From Desulfotalea psychrophila LSv54 (GTDB lineage: Bacteria; Desulfobacterota; Desulfobulbia; Desulfobulbales; Desulfocapsaceae), in assembly GCF_000025945.1 (NCBI RefSeq), contig NC_006138.1, forward strand, positions 2,850,001 to 2,882,000: a DNA stretch of 32,000 bases. The letters run 5' to 3'. Below, one piece after another: positions 1 to 8,334 of this stretch; position 1 is the first letter of the stretch, and each line of letters begins with the position of its first letter. The notes beneath the pieces were generated by a model. It was given only the letters and a program-made list of their open reading frames with translations. It ran no database searches and was not told the origin of the DNA. Made by a program: the position numbers and the translations under genes.

Positions 1-2
1 CC

Positions 3-890
3 ATGAAAATTCTTCTCTCTGGCTCCTCTGGCCTGGTGGGAACTGCCCTTTTAGAAAGGCTTTTCCAGGATGGCCACAGTATTACCTGTCTCAAGAGACA
101 AAAGGCCGGATCGGACAAAAAAATCTGGAACACAGACAGACTAACAGACGATACTTTTGATGCTGTCATTCATCTGGCAGGGGATAGCATTGTAGGGGGC
201 CGATGGACCAAAGGCAAAAAACAGCGCATACGTGATAGCCGTATCCTTGGCACAAGAGAACTTGTCCAATTTCTCGGTAAACTAACTACCCCACCAAAGG
301 TTTTTTGCTGTGCCTCGGCGGTTGGCTACTACGGCAGTAGAGGCGACACCGTTCTGACAGAAAGTAGCCCCAAGGGCACAGGCTTTCTAGCCGATATCTG
401 TCGCGACTGGGAGGAGGAGGCAGGTAAAATTGCAAGCCGAGGCTGTCGAGTCGTAAACCTTCGCTTTGGCATGATACTCAGCCCAAGGGGCGGTGCCCTA
501 CAGAAAATGCTACCCGCCTTTCGCTTGGGACTTGGCGGGAAAGTTGGCAATGGCCAACAGATTATCAGCTGGGTGAGCATCCGTGATATAGAGGAGATAG
601 TGCCCTTTATCCTTGCCCATAGCGAGATAGAAGGGCCTGTAAATGTCGTTTCTCCACAGTCCACGACCAATGCAGAGCTGGGCAAGAACTTGGGAAAGAT
701 ACTAAGCAAACCCACCTTTATGGTCCTGCCCAGACTTATGGCCTCAATAATTGCCGGCAGTGAAATAACCCAGGAGATGCTTCTGGCAAGCACCAAGGCT
801 AGTCCGCAAAAATTAGTGGCGGCAGGCTATGAATTCCGCGACAAAAGTCTGAACAAGACCCTCCTCTTTTGTCTGGAAAAGAACGCTTAA
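3..890 (+). CDS. TIGR01777-type NAD-dependent epimerase/dehydratase (YfcH-like), possibly 5' complete
   Basis: ORF MKILLSGSSGLVGTALLERLFQDGH...; Rossmann GxSGxxG motif, SAVGYYGSRGDTVLTE and NLRFGMILSPRGGAL motifs typical of YfcH-like epimerases. Confidence 0.9.
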   Translation: MKILLSGSSGLVGTALLERLFQDGHSITCLKRQKAGSDKKIWNTDRLTDDTFDAVIHLAGDSIVGGRWTKGKKQRIRDSRILGTRELVQFLGKLTTPPKVFCCASAVGYYGSRGDTVLTESSPKGTGFLADICRDWEEEAGKIASRGCRVVNLRFGMILSPRGGALQKMLPAFRLGLGGKVGNGQQIISWVSIRDIEEIVPFILAHSEIEGPVNVVSPQSTTNAELGKNLGKILSKPTFMVLPRLMASIIAGSEITQEMLLASTKASPQKLVAAGYEFRDKSLNKTLLFCLEKNA

Positions 891-893
891 AAC

Positions 894-938
894 AAAAAAG
901 CCACCCATCCCCGACAGGGGAGAGGTGGCTTTTATTTT
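894..938. terminator. Bidirectional terminator between convergent genes (epimerase / purC)
   Basis: AGCCACC(899-905)/GGTGGCT(924-930) with inner CCCC/GGGG, flanked by an A-run on the left and a T-rich tract on the right. Confidence 0.75.
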
Positions 939-951
939 ACACAGACAGAAA

Positions 952-1842
952 TTACTTTCCAGTAATTCTCTCTACTGCCTCGTCATAACGAGCCTTGGTT
1001 TTGACAATAATCTCCTCTGGCAGAGGAGGTGCAGGCGGATTCTTATCCCAGTCAAGACTTGAAAGATAATCGCGCAAATACTGCTTATCAAAACTTTCCT
1101 GACTCTTACCGGGCTCATACTTATCCGCTGCCCAAAAACGAGAAGAATCAGGGGTAAGCACCTCATCGATAAGGATAATCTTACCATCTACTTCGCCAAG
1201 CTCAAATTTTGTATCGGCAATAATAACACCCTTAGTACGGGCATAATCTGCGGCACGGGTATAAAGCGCCTTACTGATCCGGGCAATTTGTTCAGCTTTT
1301 TCGACGCCGACAATTTCCTGCATACGCTCAAAAGAGATATTTTCGTCGTGATCACCAAGCTCTGCCTTAGTAGAAGGGGTAAAGATCGGCTCGGGAAATT
1401 TATCAGACTCCTGCATTCCCTCAGGAAGCTGAAAACCACAAACATTGGTATCTTGCTGATAGGCCTTCCAAAAAGAACCTGAAATATAACCACGAACAAT
1501 ACATTCGATGGGCAGAGGCTTTGTTCTTTTAACCAGAATAGAACGACCGCGCAATTGCTCCGCATAGGGGGCACAGGCCTCAGGATACTCCGTAACATCG
1601 GCAGTAATCATATGGTTATCTACTATGTCAGCAAGCAGATCAAACCAAAAAAGAGATAACTGGGTAAGAATAGCACCCTTACCTGGAATAGCGCTGAGGA
1701 TAACATCATAGGCTGAGATTCTATCGGTTGCAACCATAAGCAACTTATCATCATGCCCAGGAATTGCATACATATCACGAACCTTACCACTGTGTACAAG
1801 GTTCAACTGTGGGAAATCTGTTGTCAACATAGCTTCTGTCAT
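952..1842 (-). CDS. purC: Phosphoribosylaminoimidazole-succinocarboxamide synthase
   Basis: SAICAR synthetase motifs: LVHSGKVRDMYAI, ATDRISAYDV, VRGYISGSFWKAY, IIADTKFELG, LIDEVLTPDSSRFW. Confidence 0.96.
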   Translation of the reverse strand: MTEAMLTTDFPQLNLVHSGKVRDMYAIPGHDDKLLMVATDRISAYDVILSAIPGKGAILTQLSLFWFDLLADIVDNHMITADVTEYPEACAPYAEQLRGRSILVKRTKPLPIECIVRGYISGSFWKAYQQDTNVCGFQLPEGMQESDKFPEPIFTPSTKAELGDHDENISFERMQEIVGVEKAEQIARISKALYTRAADYARTKGVIIADTKFELGEVDGKIILIDEVLTPDSSRFWAADKYEPGKSQESFDKQYLRDYLSSLDWDKNPPAPPLPEEIIVKTKARYDEAVERITGK

Positions 1843-1925
1843 ATTCTACCCTCTTTCGAATACATTTTGTAAGCACCAGTACAAACAAAAAAAGCCAGGC
1901 AGAGCCGGACTTTTTCAGTTACAAA

Positions 1926-3269
1926 TCAATCAACAAAAAATTTCAATTTATCTCGCCTACTCGAATGACGAAGACGATTAAGGGCCTTCTTTTCAATTTG
2001 ACGAATACGTTCACGGGAAACATTGAAACGTTTACCTATTTCTTCCAGGGTATATTCAGCTTTTTCACCAATACCAAAGCGAAGACGAATAATTTTTTCT
2101 TCCCTATCACTAAGGGTAGAGAGAATTTCAGTTACCCGCCCGGACAGCTCACGATTCTGCACTGCCTCATAGGGAGATTGAGATTCCTGATTTTCAAGAA
2201 AATCACCCAAGGTCGAGTCATCATCCCCCACCGGAGTCTCAAGAGAGATAGGTTCACGAGATGCCTCAAGAATAGATAAGATCTTATCCATGGGCAAATT
2301 GGTGGTCTTAGAGATCTCAAGCGGAGTAGGTTCACGGCCAAGCTCTTTAAACAGGGCATAAAATGCCTTAAAAAACTGGCTCCTCAGCTCAAGAAAATGA
2401 ACAGGGAGACGAATCGTTCTGGTCTTATCAAGAATCGCCCGGGTAATTGCCTGACGAATCCACCAACTTGCGTAGGTAGAAAATTTATTTCCCTTGGTAT
2501 AATCAAAGCGAAAAACTGCTCGCATCAAGCCAAGATTACCCTCTTGAATAAGGTCGGCAAGGGTAAGGCCCTGATGCATGTATCTCTTAGCAATAGAAAC
2601 CACCAAACGCAGATTCGCACGAATCATGGTATCCTTTGCCACTTCAATAGACCTGCTATACGCCTCTAACTTTGCCTGAAGCTCAAAAAGTTCCCTAATC
2701 TCCGGGTACTTCTTAGAGGCACTCGTTACACTGTAACGCATGAAGTTAAGCTGCTGTTTTTTAGGCTTAAGAGTAGGATCACGCTTTTCCCACAGATCAA
2801 TACGTTCGCAGAGAACAACCATTTCTTGAACGCCTGATCTATCTCCACGAATGGCAAATATAATCGCTTCAAAACCCTGACGAATGGTCTTGCTGTACTT
2901 TGCCTCTTCCTCGGGAGTAAGCAAATCAAAACGACCCATTTCACGTAGATAAGTGGTCGTCGTCTCCTCAGACTCATGGGACTCTTCATCGCCGGAAAGT
3001 GCAGCCCCATCTTCGATCTCCAGCTCAAGATCTACCTCACTTTTTTCCCAAATCTCACCTGACAGGGTCCGTTTCTCACCTGATTTTTCTATCGTTACAA
3101 TTTCAATACCGTGAGCGCCAAGAAAATTAAATATTTTTTCTATCGCGGTAGGATCTTTAACATCATCGGGTATTAATTTGTTTAGCGCATCAAAACTAAT
3201 ACATCCTTCTTTCTTGCCAGTTTCGAGTAACTTTTCTTTCAGTTCAGTTTGCACCAGAGACAACTCCAT
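1926..3269 (-). CDS. RNA polymerase sigma-70 family factor (RpoD-like, 447 aa)
   Basis: Region 2 NLRLVVSIAKRYMHQGLTLADLIQEGNLGLMRAVFRFDYTKGNKFSTYASWWIRQAITRA; region 4 RLRFGIGEKAEYTLEEIGKRFNVSRERIRQIEKKAL; N-terminal region 1.1-like segment. Confidence 0.93.
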   Translation of the reverse strand: MELSLVQTELKEKLLETGKKEGCISFDALNKLIPDDVKDPTAIEKIFNFLGAHGIEIVTIEKSGEKRTLSGEIWEKSEVDLELEIEDGAALSGDEESHESEETTTTYLREMGRFDLLTPEEEAKYSKTIRQGFEAIIFAIRGDRSGVQEMVVLCERIDLWEKRDPTLKPKKQQLNFMRYSVTSASKKYPEIRELFELQAKLEAYSRSIEVAKDTMIRANLRLVVSIAKRYMHQGLTLADLIQEGNLGLMRAVFRFDYTKGNKFSTYASWWIRQAITRAILDKTRTIRLPVHFLELRSQFFKAFYALFKELGREPTPLEISKTTNLPMDKILSILEASREPISLETPVGDDDSTLGDFLENQESQSPYEAVQNRELSGRVTEILSTLSDREEKIIRLRFGIGEKAEYTLEEIGKRFNVSRERIRQIEKKALNRLRHSSRRDKLKFFVD

Positions 3270-3738
3270 TGAGAGATTATGAAAAACGGCTACGAGATCT
3301 TGACTCTACCGTGAATCTAAAAGTGAACTTTTCAAAATACCACAAAAATAGATTAAAAACAATGACAATCCAACACAAAAAAATCGCCATCTTAAAAAGA
3401 GATTATAAATGGGATTGACACAAAGTAGTAACTATTTGCTTAAAGACAAGCTCTACTGTTCTTTTTTCCAAAGCCACAATGCTTGTACATCTTGGAACGC
3501 CCCAAAGACAAATAAATTATTCTGCACAGGAACATAAATCAAATAGATGTAGCAGATCGGCTCCTCTCCAATCTTAACAAATCAAAAAACTCAAGAAAGG
3601 GCTCTCGGCAGACTCAATAAGAAAAGAGCAATGCAGCCTTTTCCAAGCAAAAAGACCACCACCAAAAAAAACCTATCAGTGAAACCATGTCTTTTCAAGG
3701 TCTTAGACAGGCAAGAAAGCCAAACCCTTTTTTATTTA

Positions 3739-3767
3739 TTGACATCATCATCGGAAAGGTGTATTTT
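3739..3767 (+). promoter_or_regulatory. Putative sigma-70 promoter for tRNA-Glu copy 1
   Basis: TTGACA (3739-3744), 17-bp spacer, TATTTT (3762-3767), just upstream of the tRNA. Confidence 0.7.
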
Positions 3768-3779
3768 GTGCCTGCACTT

Positions 3780-3854
3780 GGCCCCATCGTCTAGCGGTTA
3801 GGACGTTGGCCTCTCACGCCGAAAGCAGGGGTTCGATTCCCCTTGGGGTCACCA
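3780..3854 (+). tRNA. tRNA-Glu, anticodon CTC, CCA encoded
   Basis: GGCCCCA...TGGGGTC acceptor stem, anticodon loop CTCTCAC (CTC at 34-36), GGTTCGATTCC T-arm, encoded CCA. Confidence 0.95.
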
Positions 3855-3863
3855 AGTTGAAAA

Positions 3864-3898
3864 GGGTTCTAGCAATTTAATTGCTAGAACCCTTTTTT
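3864..3898 (+). terminator. Rho-independent terminator after tRNA-Glu copy 1
   Basis: GGGTTCTAGCAA (3864-3875)/TTGCTAGAACCC (3881-3892), 5-nt loop, followed by T6. Confidence 0.9.
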
Positions 3899-3930
3899 CG
3901 TTCCTACCCGCCTATTCATTCGCCTAAATA

Positions 3931-4392
3931 TCAGTGCTTATCTTCGGGATAGTAGACAAGCAGAGCCCTTATGCTAGCACTAAGATCCCGGGCATACCTC
4001 ACATCAGCATGTTGCTTTGCCTGCATGGCGGCAACAATAACCGCATGATGCTTAACAAGTCTCTCCCTATAATCTTTCTGGCTCGCCTTTACCCGCTGGG
4101 TCAAGAAATAATCACCTATCGTTTCAATCACACGCTGAGCATGATCTTCCTTATTCATCACCCAACGCACAAGTTGATTTTGAGATTGCGCATCGGTTTT
4201 ACCGGCCAACTGAGCAATTAATACTGTTGCCTTTTCTACGGTGGCGGCATCTTCAAGCATCGCCTGCACGCGGGCATTATCGTTATAAATGCCACAGGGT
4301 AGTTGACAGTGAGCGCCACTCCACGAAGGCCCCATAAACATACCCGCCAACACAGTAAGAATTAGCAAAAAATCTTTCCCCAAATACTTCAT
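3931..4392 (-). CDS. sodN: Nickel superoxide dismutase (Ni-SOD) homologue with N-terminal signal peptide
   Basis: MKYLGKDFLLILTVLAGMFMGPSWSGA|HCQLPCGIY...; HCxLPCGxY is the Ni-hook of Ni-SOD; mature part about 126 aa; conserved HxAxR and KHH features. Confidence 0.88.
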   Translation of the reverse strand: MKYLGKDFLLILTVLAGMFMGPSWSGAHCQLPCGIYNDNARVQAMLEDAATVEKATVLIAQLAGKTDAQSQNQLVRWVMNKEDHAQRVIETIGDYFLTQRVKASQKDYRERLVKHHAVIVAAMQAKQHADVRYARDLSASIRALLVYYPEDKH

Positions 4393-4644
4393 ACAGTCCC
4401 CTCCATTTTATCATTATAATAATCAGCGCTTCCACCTCCGACAGGTCACCCGCCACCAGCGCTCCTACCCAAGCATAGCATAGACAGCCCCCACGTCTCA
4501 AATACCTGCCCCAAAACAGCACCACTGCCCTCCAGTCAATAATTAAGCACCCATTATTTGACATAAGCGGCCAAAAATCATTCAATCAAGAGAAGATACC
4601 AAAAAAAGGGCAGATAAGCCTCCCCACAAGAATAGGATAAAACC

Positions 4645-5373
4645 ATGATTGAAAAAATAGCAGATCTTCCTGAAGGGACCATTGGTTTTAAGATGACAGG
4701 TAAAATAACCAAAGACGACTATGAAAAGGTCGTCAATCCTGCTATTGAATGCGGGCTTATTGAAAATAACAGACTAAAGATGCTCTGCCAGATGGGGCCA
4801 GAGTTTGATGGGTACACCTCAGGTGCCGCTTGGGACGACACCCAGCTGGGTCTTAAACACTGGAAAGGATTCGAACGTCTTGCCATCGTCTCAGACGTCC
4901 CCTGGGTCAAGACACTGCTCCGGGCAATGGCCTTCACCCTACCCTGTCCCGTAAAAATTTTTGAGCTGGATGAATATCTGCAGGCCCGGCTTTGGCTCAG
5001 TGAATCCCTGGGCACCGTCCATACAAACTTCAACAATAATGGGCTGCTGACAGTAAAGCTTATAGGCCAGCTGGAGCCATCCGTCTACGAGAACTTCAGC
5101 AAGGAGCTCGACAGCTACTTTGCATCAGCGGAGCCAGTCCACCTCCTCCTCGACCTCAGGGACTTCAATGGTTGGCAGGGCCTAGCTGGAGTGATAGAAC
5201 ATCTCCACCTTGTGATTCAGCATCGACACGTACCCAAAAAAATCGCCATCGTCGGCAACAAGAAATGGCAAAAGCTAGCCGAACGTATTTTCTCCAAATT
5301 TATCTCAGCCGAGGTACAGTACTTTGAAGAGACAAGGGCCGATTCTGCCCAGACATGGATACAACCTAAATAA
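4645..5373 (+). CDS. Protein with two tandem SpoIIAA-like (STAS-related) domains
   Basis: Both halves follow the pattern '...GxxxxKxxGxI/L...Y...', central W, and '(K/R)(I/L)AIV(S/G)(D/N)xxWxK': KHWKGFERLAIVSDVPWVKTL and HRHVPKKIAIVGNKKWQKLA. Confidence 0.7.
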   Translation: MIEKIADLPEGTIGFKMTGKITKDDYEKVVNPAIECGLIENNRLKMLCQMGPEFDGYTSGAAWDDTQLGLKHWKGFERLAIVSDVPWVKTLLRAMAFTLPCPVKIFELDEYLQARLWLSESLGTVHTNFNNNGLLTVKLIGQLEPSVYENFSKELDSYFASAEPVHLLLDLRDFNGWQGLAGVIEHLHLVIQHRHVPKKIAIVGNKKWQKLAERIFSKFISAEVQYFEETRADSAQTWIQPK

Positions 5374-5522
5374 CGCTGAGGCAAAGGATAAACCAGAGTA
5401 GCAACCTGCCACAAAGAAGGCGAATCCCCCCTTACCCAGAAGGGCATGGGGAATTGTTGCTTTCTGCTCATTGTGGCAGCCCAGGCAAGCGCCACAATCA
5501 CTCCCTAGGCGCACTGTGCTGC

Positions 5523-6845
5523 CTAAGTTGTAGCGCAGGCAACATCCAGGGCCTGAGAGACATCAAGAATAATATCTTCGATATTTTCTATACCCACGGA
5601 AATACGGATAAGATCGCTACTGACCCCGCTCGCCTTCATATCACTGTCGCTCAACTGCCGATGAGTGGTGGAAGCAGGATGACAGGCTAAGGACTTGGCA
5701 TCTCCAATATTGACCAAACGCAGAATCATCTTCAGGGCATCAACAAAGGCAATTCCGGCAGCAAAACCACCCACGAGACCAAAGCTAAGAATACCAGATG
5801 CCCTGCCGCCGGTAATCTTTTGACAGCTTTCATAATAGGGACTGGCGGAAAGAGCTGCATATCTCACCCAGGCAACCTCTTTATGCTCCCCAAGATAGAG
5901 GGCAAGCTTCTCCGCATTTTCGCAATGCCTCTCCATACGCAGGCCAAGAGTCTCAAGTCCCTGAAGAATTTGAAATGAATTCATTGGAGAAATTGCCGCC
6001 CCCGTATCCCGCAATAGGGCCACGCGACAACGACCTATATAGGCAGTCGCGCCAAGGGCCTCGGTATAAACCAGACCATGATATGAGGGATCGGGCTCAG
6101 TCAGAGTTGGAAATTTACCAGCCTCCTTTGCCCAACCAAACTTACCGGAATCAACAATAATCCCTCCAAGCGAGGTGCCATGCCCTCCGATATACTTTGT
6201 CAATGAATGCACCACAACATCGGCACCAAGCTCTATTGGCCGACAGAGATAGGGGGTGGCCACGGTATTATCAACAATAAGCGGAATACCATGCTCATGA
6301 GCTATTTCCGCAAGTTTTTTTATATCAGCTACATTACCCGCCGGATTAGCAATGGACTCGCAGTAAATCGCCCTGGTTTTAATGTCAATAGCCTCGGCAA
6401 TGGCCTGATAGTCATCGCACTCCGCCATACGTACTTCGATACCACGGGCAGGAAGCAGATACTTAAACAAATTGTAGGTACCACCATAGAGTTGACTAGT
6501 ACTGACAATATTATCGCCCAGCAGACAAATATTATGAATTGCGCATGTTATGGCCGCCATCCCGGAGGCTAGGGCAAGGGCGGCAAGACCACCCTCCATG
6601 GCTGCTATCCGTTTTTCCAGCACATCGGTGGTCGGATTCATAATTCGAGTGTAGATATTACCCGGAGTTTTAAGATCAAAAAGGTCGGCACCATGCTGAC
6701 TATTCTCAAAGGTATATGAGCTTGTTTGATAGATGGGAACAGTTGCGGCCCGTGTTGCCTTATCAGCCTCGTAACCATGATGCAGGGCCAAAGATTCAAG
6801 TTTCATAAAAATATCCTCTTGTTTATTTTTTAAGATTCTTGCCAA
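5523..6845 (-). CDS. metY: O-acetylhomoserine aminocarboxypropyltransferase / sulfhydrylase, PLP-dependent
   Basis: Cys/Met metabolism PLP enzyme: [50 protein letters not shown]-type N-terminus; [15 protein letters not shown] PLP lysine. Confidence 0.93.
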   Translation of the reverse strand: [440 protein letters not shown]

Positions 6846-7014
6846 AGAAAAAAGATCCTACTCTACAAAATATATCATTCCGGCAGAAGAAGTTACAGAA
6901 AGTGCAAGCAGCAGGAGACAACAAGACGGGATTACCACGGGAAAAAAGAGGAGAAGGTAAGGATATTTATCGAGTAGGGTGAGGTGAGCATATACAACGC
7001 TCACCTCATCCCTC

Positions 7015-8334
7015 TCACAGAACCGTACGTACGGGCCTCGTATACGGCTCCTGTTTACTTACATCCCTATCTGGGACAAGAATTCCGGTTTTCACAGCTG
7101 ATACATCAAACAGCCAAAGCTCTTTGTGTAAATAACAGCTCGGCAGTGCATAATGGGCAAGAGGACAGGCAGAGTTCGCCCATGAGTTCATCTTAATAAA
7201 TTTGAACTCTCCCTTATACCCTAGTTGGCGTAATCGCCGGTGTAACTTACCGGCCTTCTTCCAGAGCTTTAACTGGATTGCACGGAGACGTCTCCGTAAC
7301 CAACTAGACACAGCCTTTAACATGTTTTTACAATTTGCTATCCTAAAATAGAAAGCAAAACCGCGTAGAATAGGATTCAAGCCATCAATGACTGCTTCCA
7401 AATTCTTTCCACCATTTCGACGAGTCAACGCCTTCACCTTCTCCTTGAACGACCTGATTTTCGCCTTTTGGATACGAGTGTACTTAGAGTGTATTGAAAC
7501 ACCAAGGAAAGCCACTCCGCTCCGACTATGGCAAATGTGAGTCTTTTCGAGGTTTACAGTGAGTAGCAACCCTTTCTCAAGGAAACAGCTTGCCTGTAAA
7601 AGTGCGTTTTTGGCTGCGCTTTTCGAACTGCACAAAATCAGGATATCATCGGCATAGCGCACTATCCTATGACCTCGTTCTCTCATAAACTGGTCAAACT
7701 GATCAAGATAGATATTGGCAATTAGCGGACTAATCACACCGCCCTGCGGACTACCAACTTCGCTTGCCTGCCATCCTTCGTCTGTCATCACTCCACTTTT
7801 CAGAATTTTCTGAAGTAGCCCAAGTATTGATCCATCCTTGATTCGCCTCGATATAGAGGACAAGATCAAATCGTGGTCTAAGGTGTCAAAGCATTTCGAC
7901 AGATCCATGTCCACAACCCACTTCCTATCATATTTCCGTATGAACATCGTAGCTTTAGTAATCGCCTGATGGCAACTTCGCCCCGGGCGATAGCCGTAGC
8001 TTGATGGATGAAAGCCGGGATCAAATATCGGCTGTAGAATATCCAGCAGAGCCTGCTGTACTACACGGTCACGAACTGCAGGAATTCCGAGCAACCTTAC
8101 CCCGCCATTCGTTTTGGGAATTTCCACCCTACGAACAGGTTGAGGTTGGTAGCTCTTCTCACGCAGTTCCGTCAGAAGCCGGTCAAGATTGATATCAAGG
8201 GATTCAACAAAATCTTTGACGGACTGGCCATCTATACCGGCAGCTCCATTCGCAGACTTTACCTTAAAAAACGCTGAGCGCAATGCACTTCGGCTCAACA
8301 GTCTCCCATATAAACTATACCAAATCTTTACCAT
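7015..8334 (-). CDS. ltrA: Group II intron-encoded reverse transcriptase/maturase
   Basis: RT motifs GAAGIDG, VEIPKTNGGVRLLGIP, SYGYRPGRSCHQAI, GSPQGGVISPLIANIYLDQFD, RYADDILIL, maturase/thumb region; no C-terminal HNH motif seen. Confidence 0.95.
   Translation of the reverse strand: MVKIWYSLYGRLLSRSALRSAFFKVKSANGAAGIDGQSVKDFVESLDINLDRLLTELREKSYQPQPVRRVEIPKTNGGVRLLGIPAVRDRVVQQALLDILQPIFDPGFHPSSYGYRPGRSCHQAITKATMFIRKYDRKWVVDMDLSKCFDTLDHDLILSSISRRIKDGSILGLLQKILKSGVMTDEGWQASEVGSPQGGVISPLIANIYLDQFDQFMRERGHRIVRYADDILILCSSKSAAKNALLQASCFLEKGLLLTVNLEKTHICHSRSGVAFLGVSIHSKYTRIQKAKIRSFKEKVKALTRRNGGKNLEAVIDGLNPILRGFAFYFRIANCKNMLKAVSSWLRRRLRAIQLKLWKKAGKLHRRLRQLGYKGEFKFIKMNSWANSACPLAHYALPSCYLHKELWLFDVSAVKTGILVPDRDVSKQEPYTRPVRTVL
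7021..7051 (-). ncRNA. Group II intron domain V, inside the 3' end of the maturase ORF
   Basis: Minus strand GAGCCGTATACGAGGCCCGTACGTACGGTTC: GAGCCGUA/UACGGUUC lower helix, CG bulge, UACG/CGUA upper helix. Confidence 0.85.

Noticed and set aside
329-796. Antisense ORF to the epimerase gene (and similar antisense ORFs at 972-1598, 2132-2359, 5975-6160, 13243-13870, 19479-19967, 24841-27419, 28581-29114, 31111-31486)
   Set aside because: Each is shadow coding of a well-supported gene on the opposite strand, with no independent motif.
6846-6973. SAM-type riboswitch upstream of metY
   Set aside because: No recognisable conserved SAM-I or SAM-II core could be found by eye; a covariance search (Infernal against Rfam) would be decisive.
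7015-8334. Reverse transcriptase considered as a retron, DGR or other defence-type RT
   Set aside because: It has group II maturase motifs, overlaps domain V and is followed by domain VI, so it is an ordinary intron-encoded protein; no msr/msd, template repeat or accessory toxin gene is visible.
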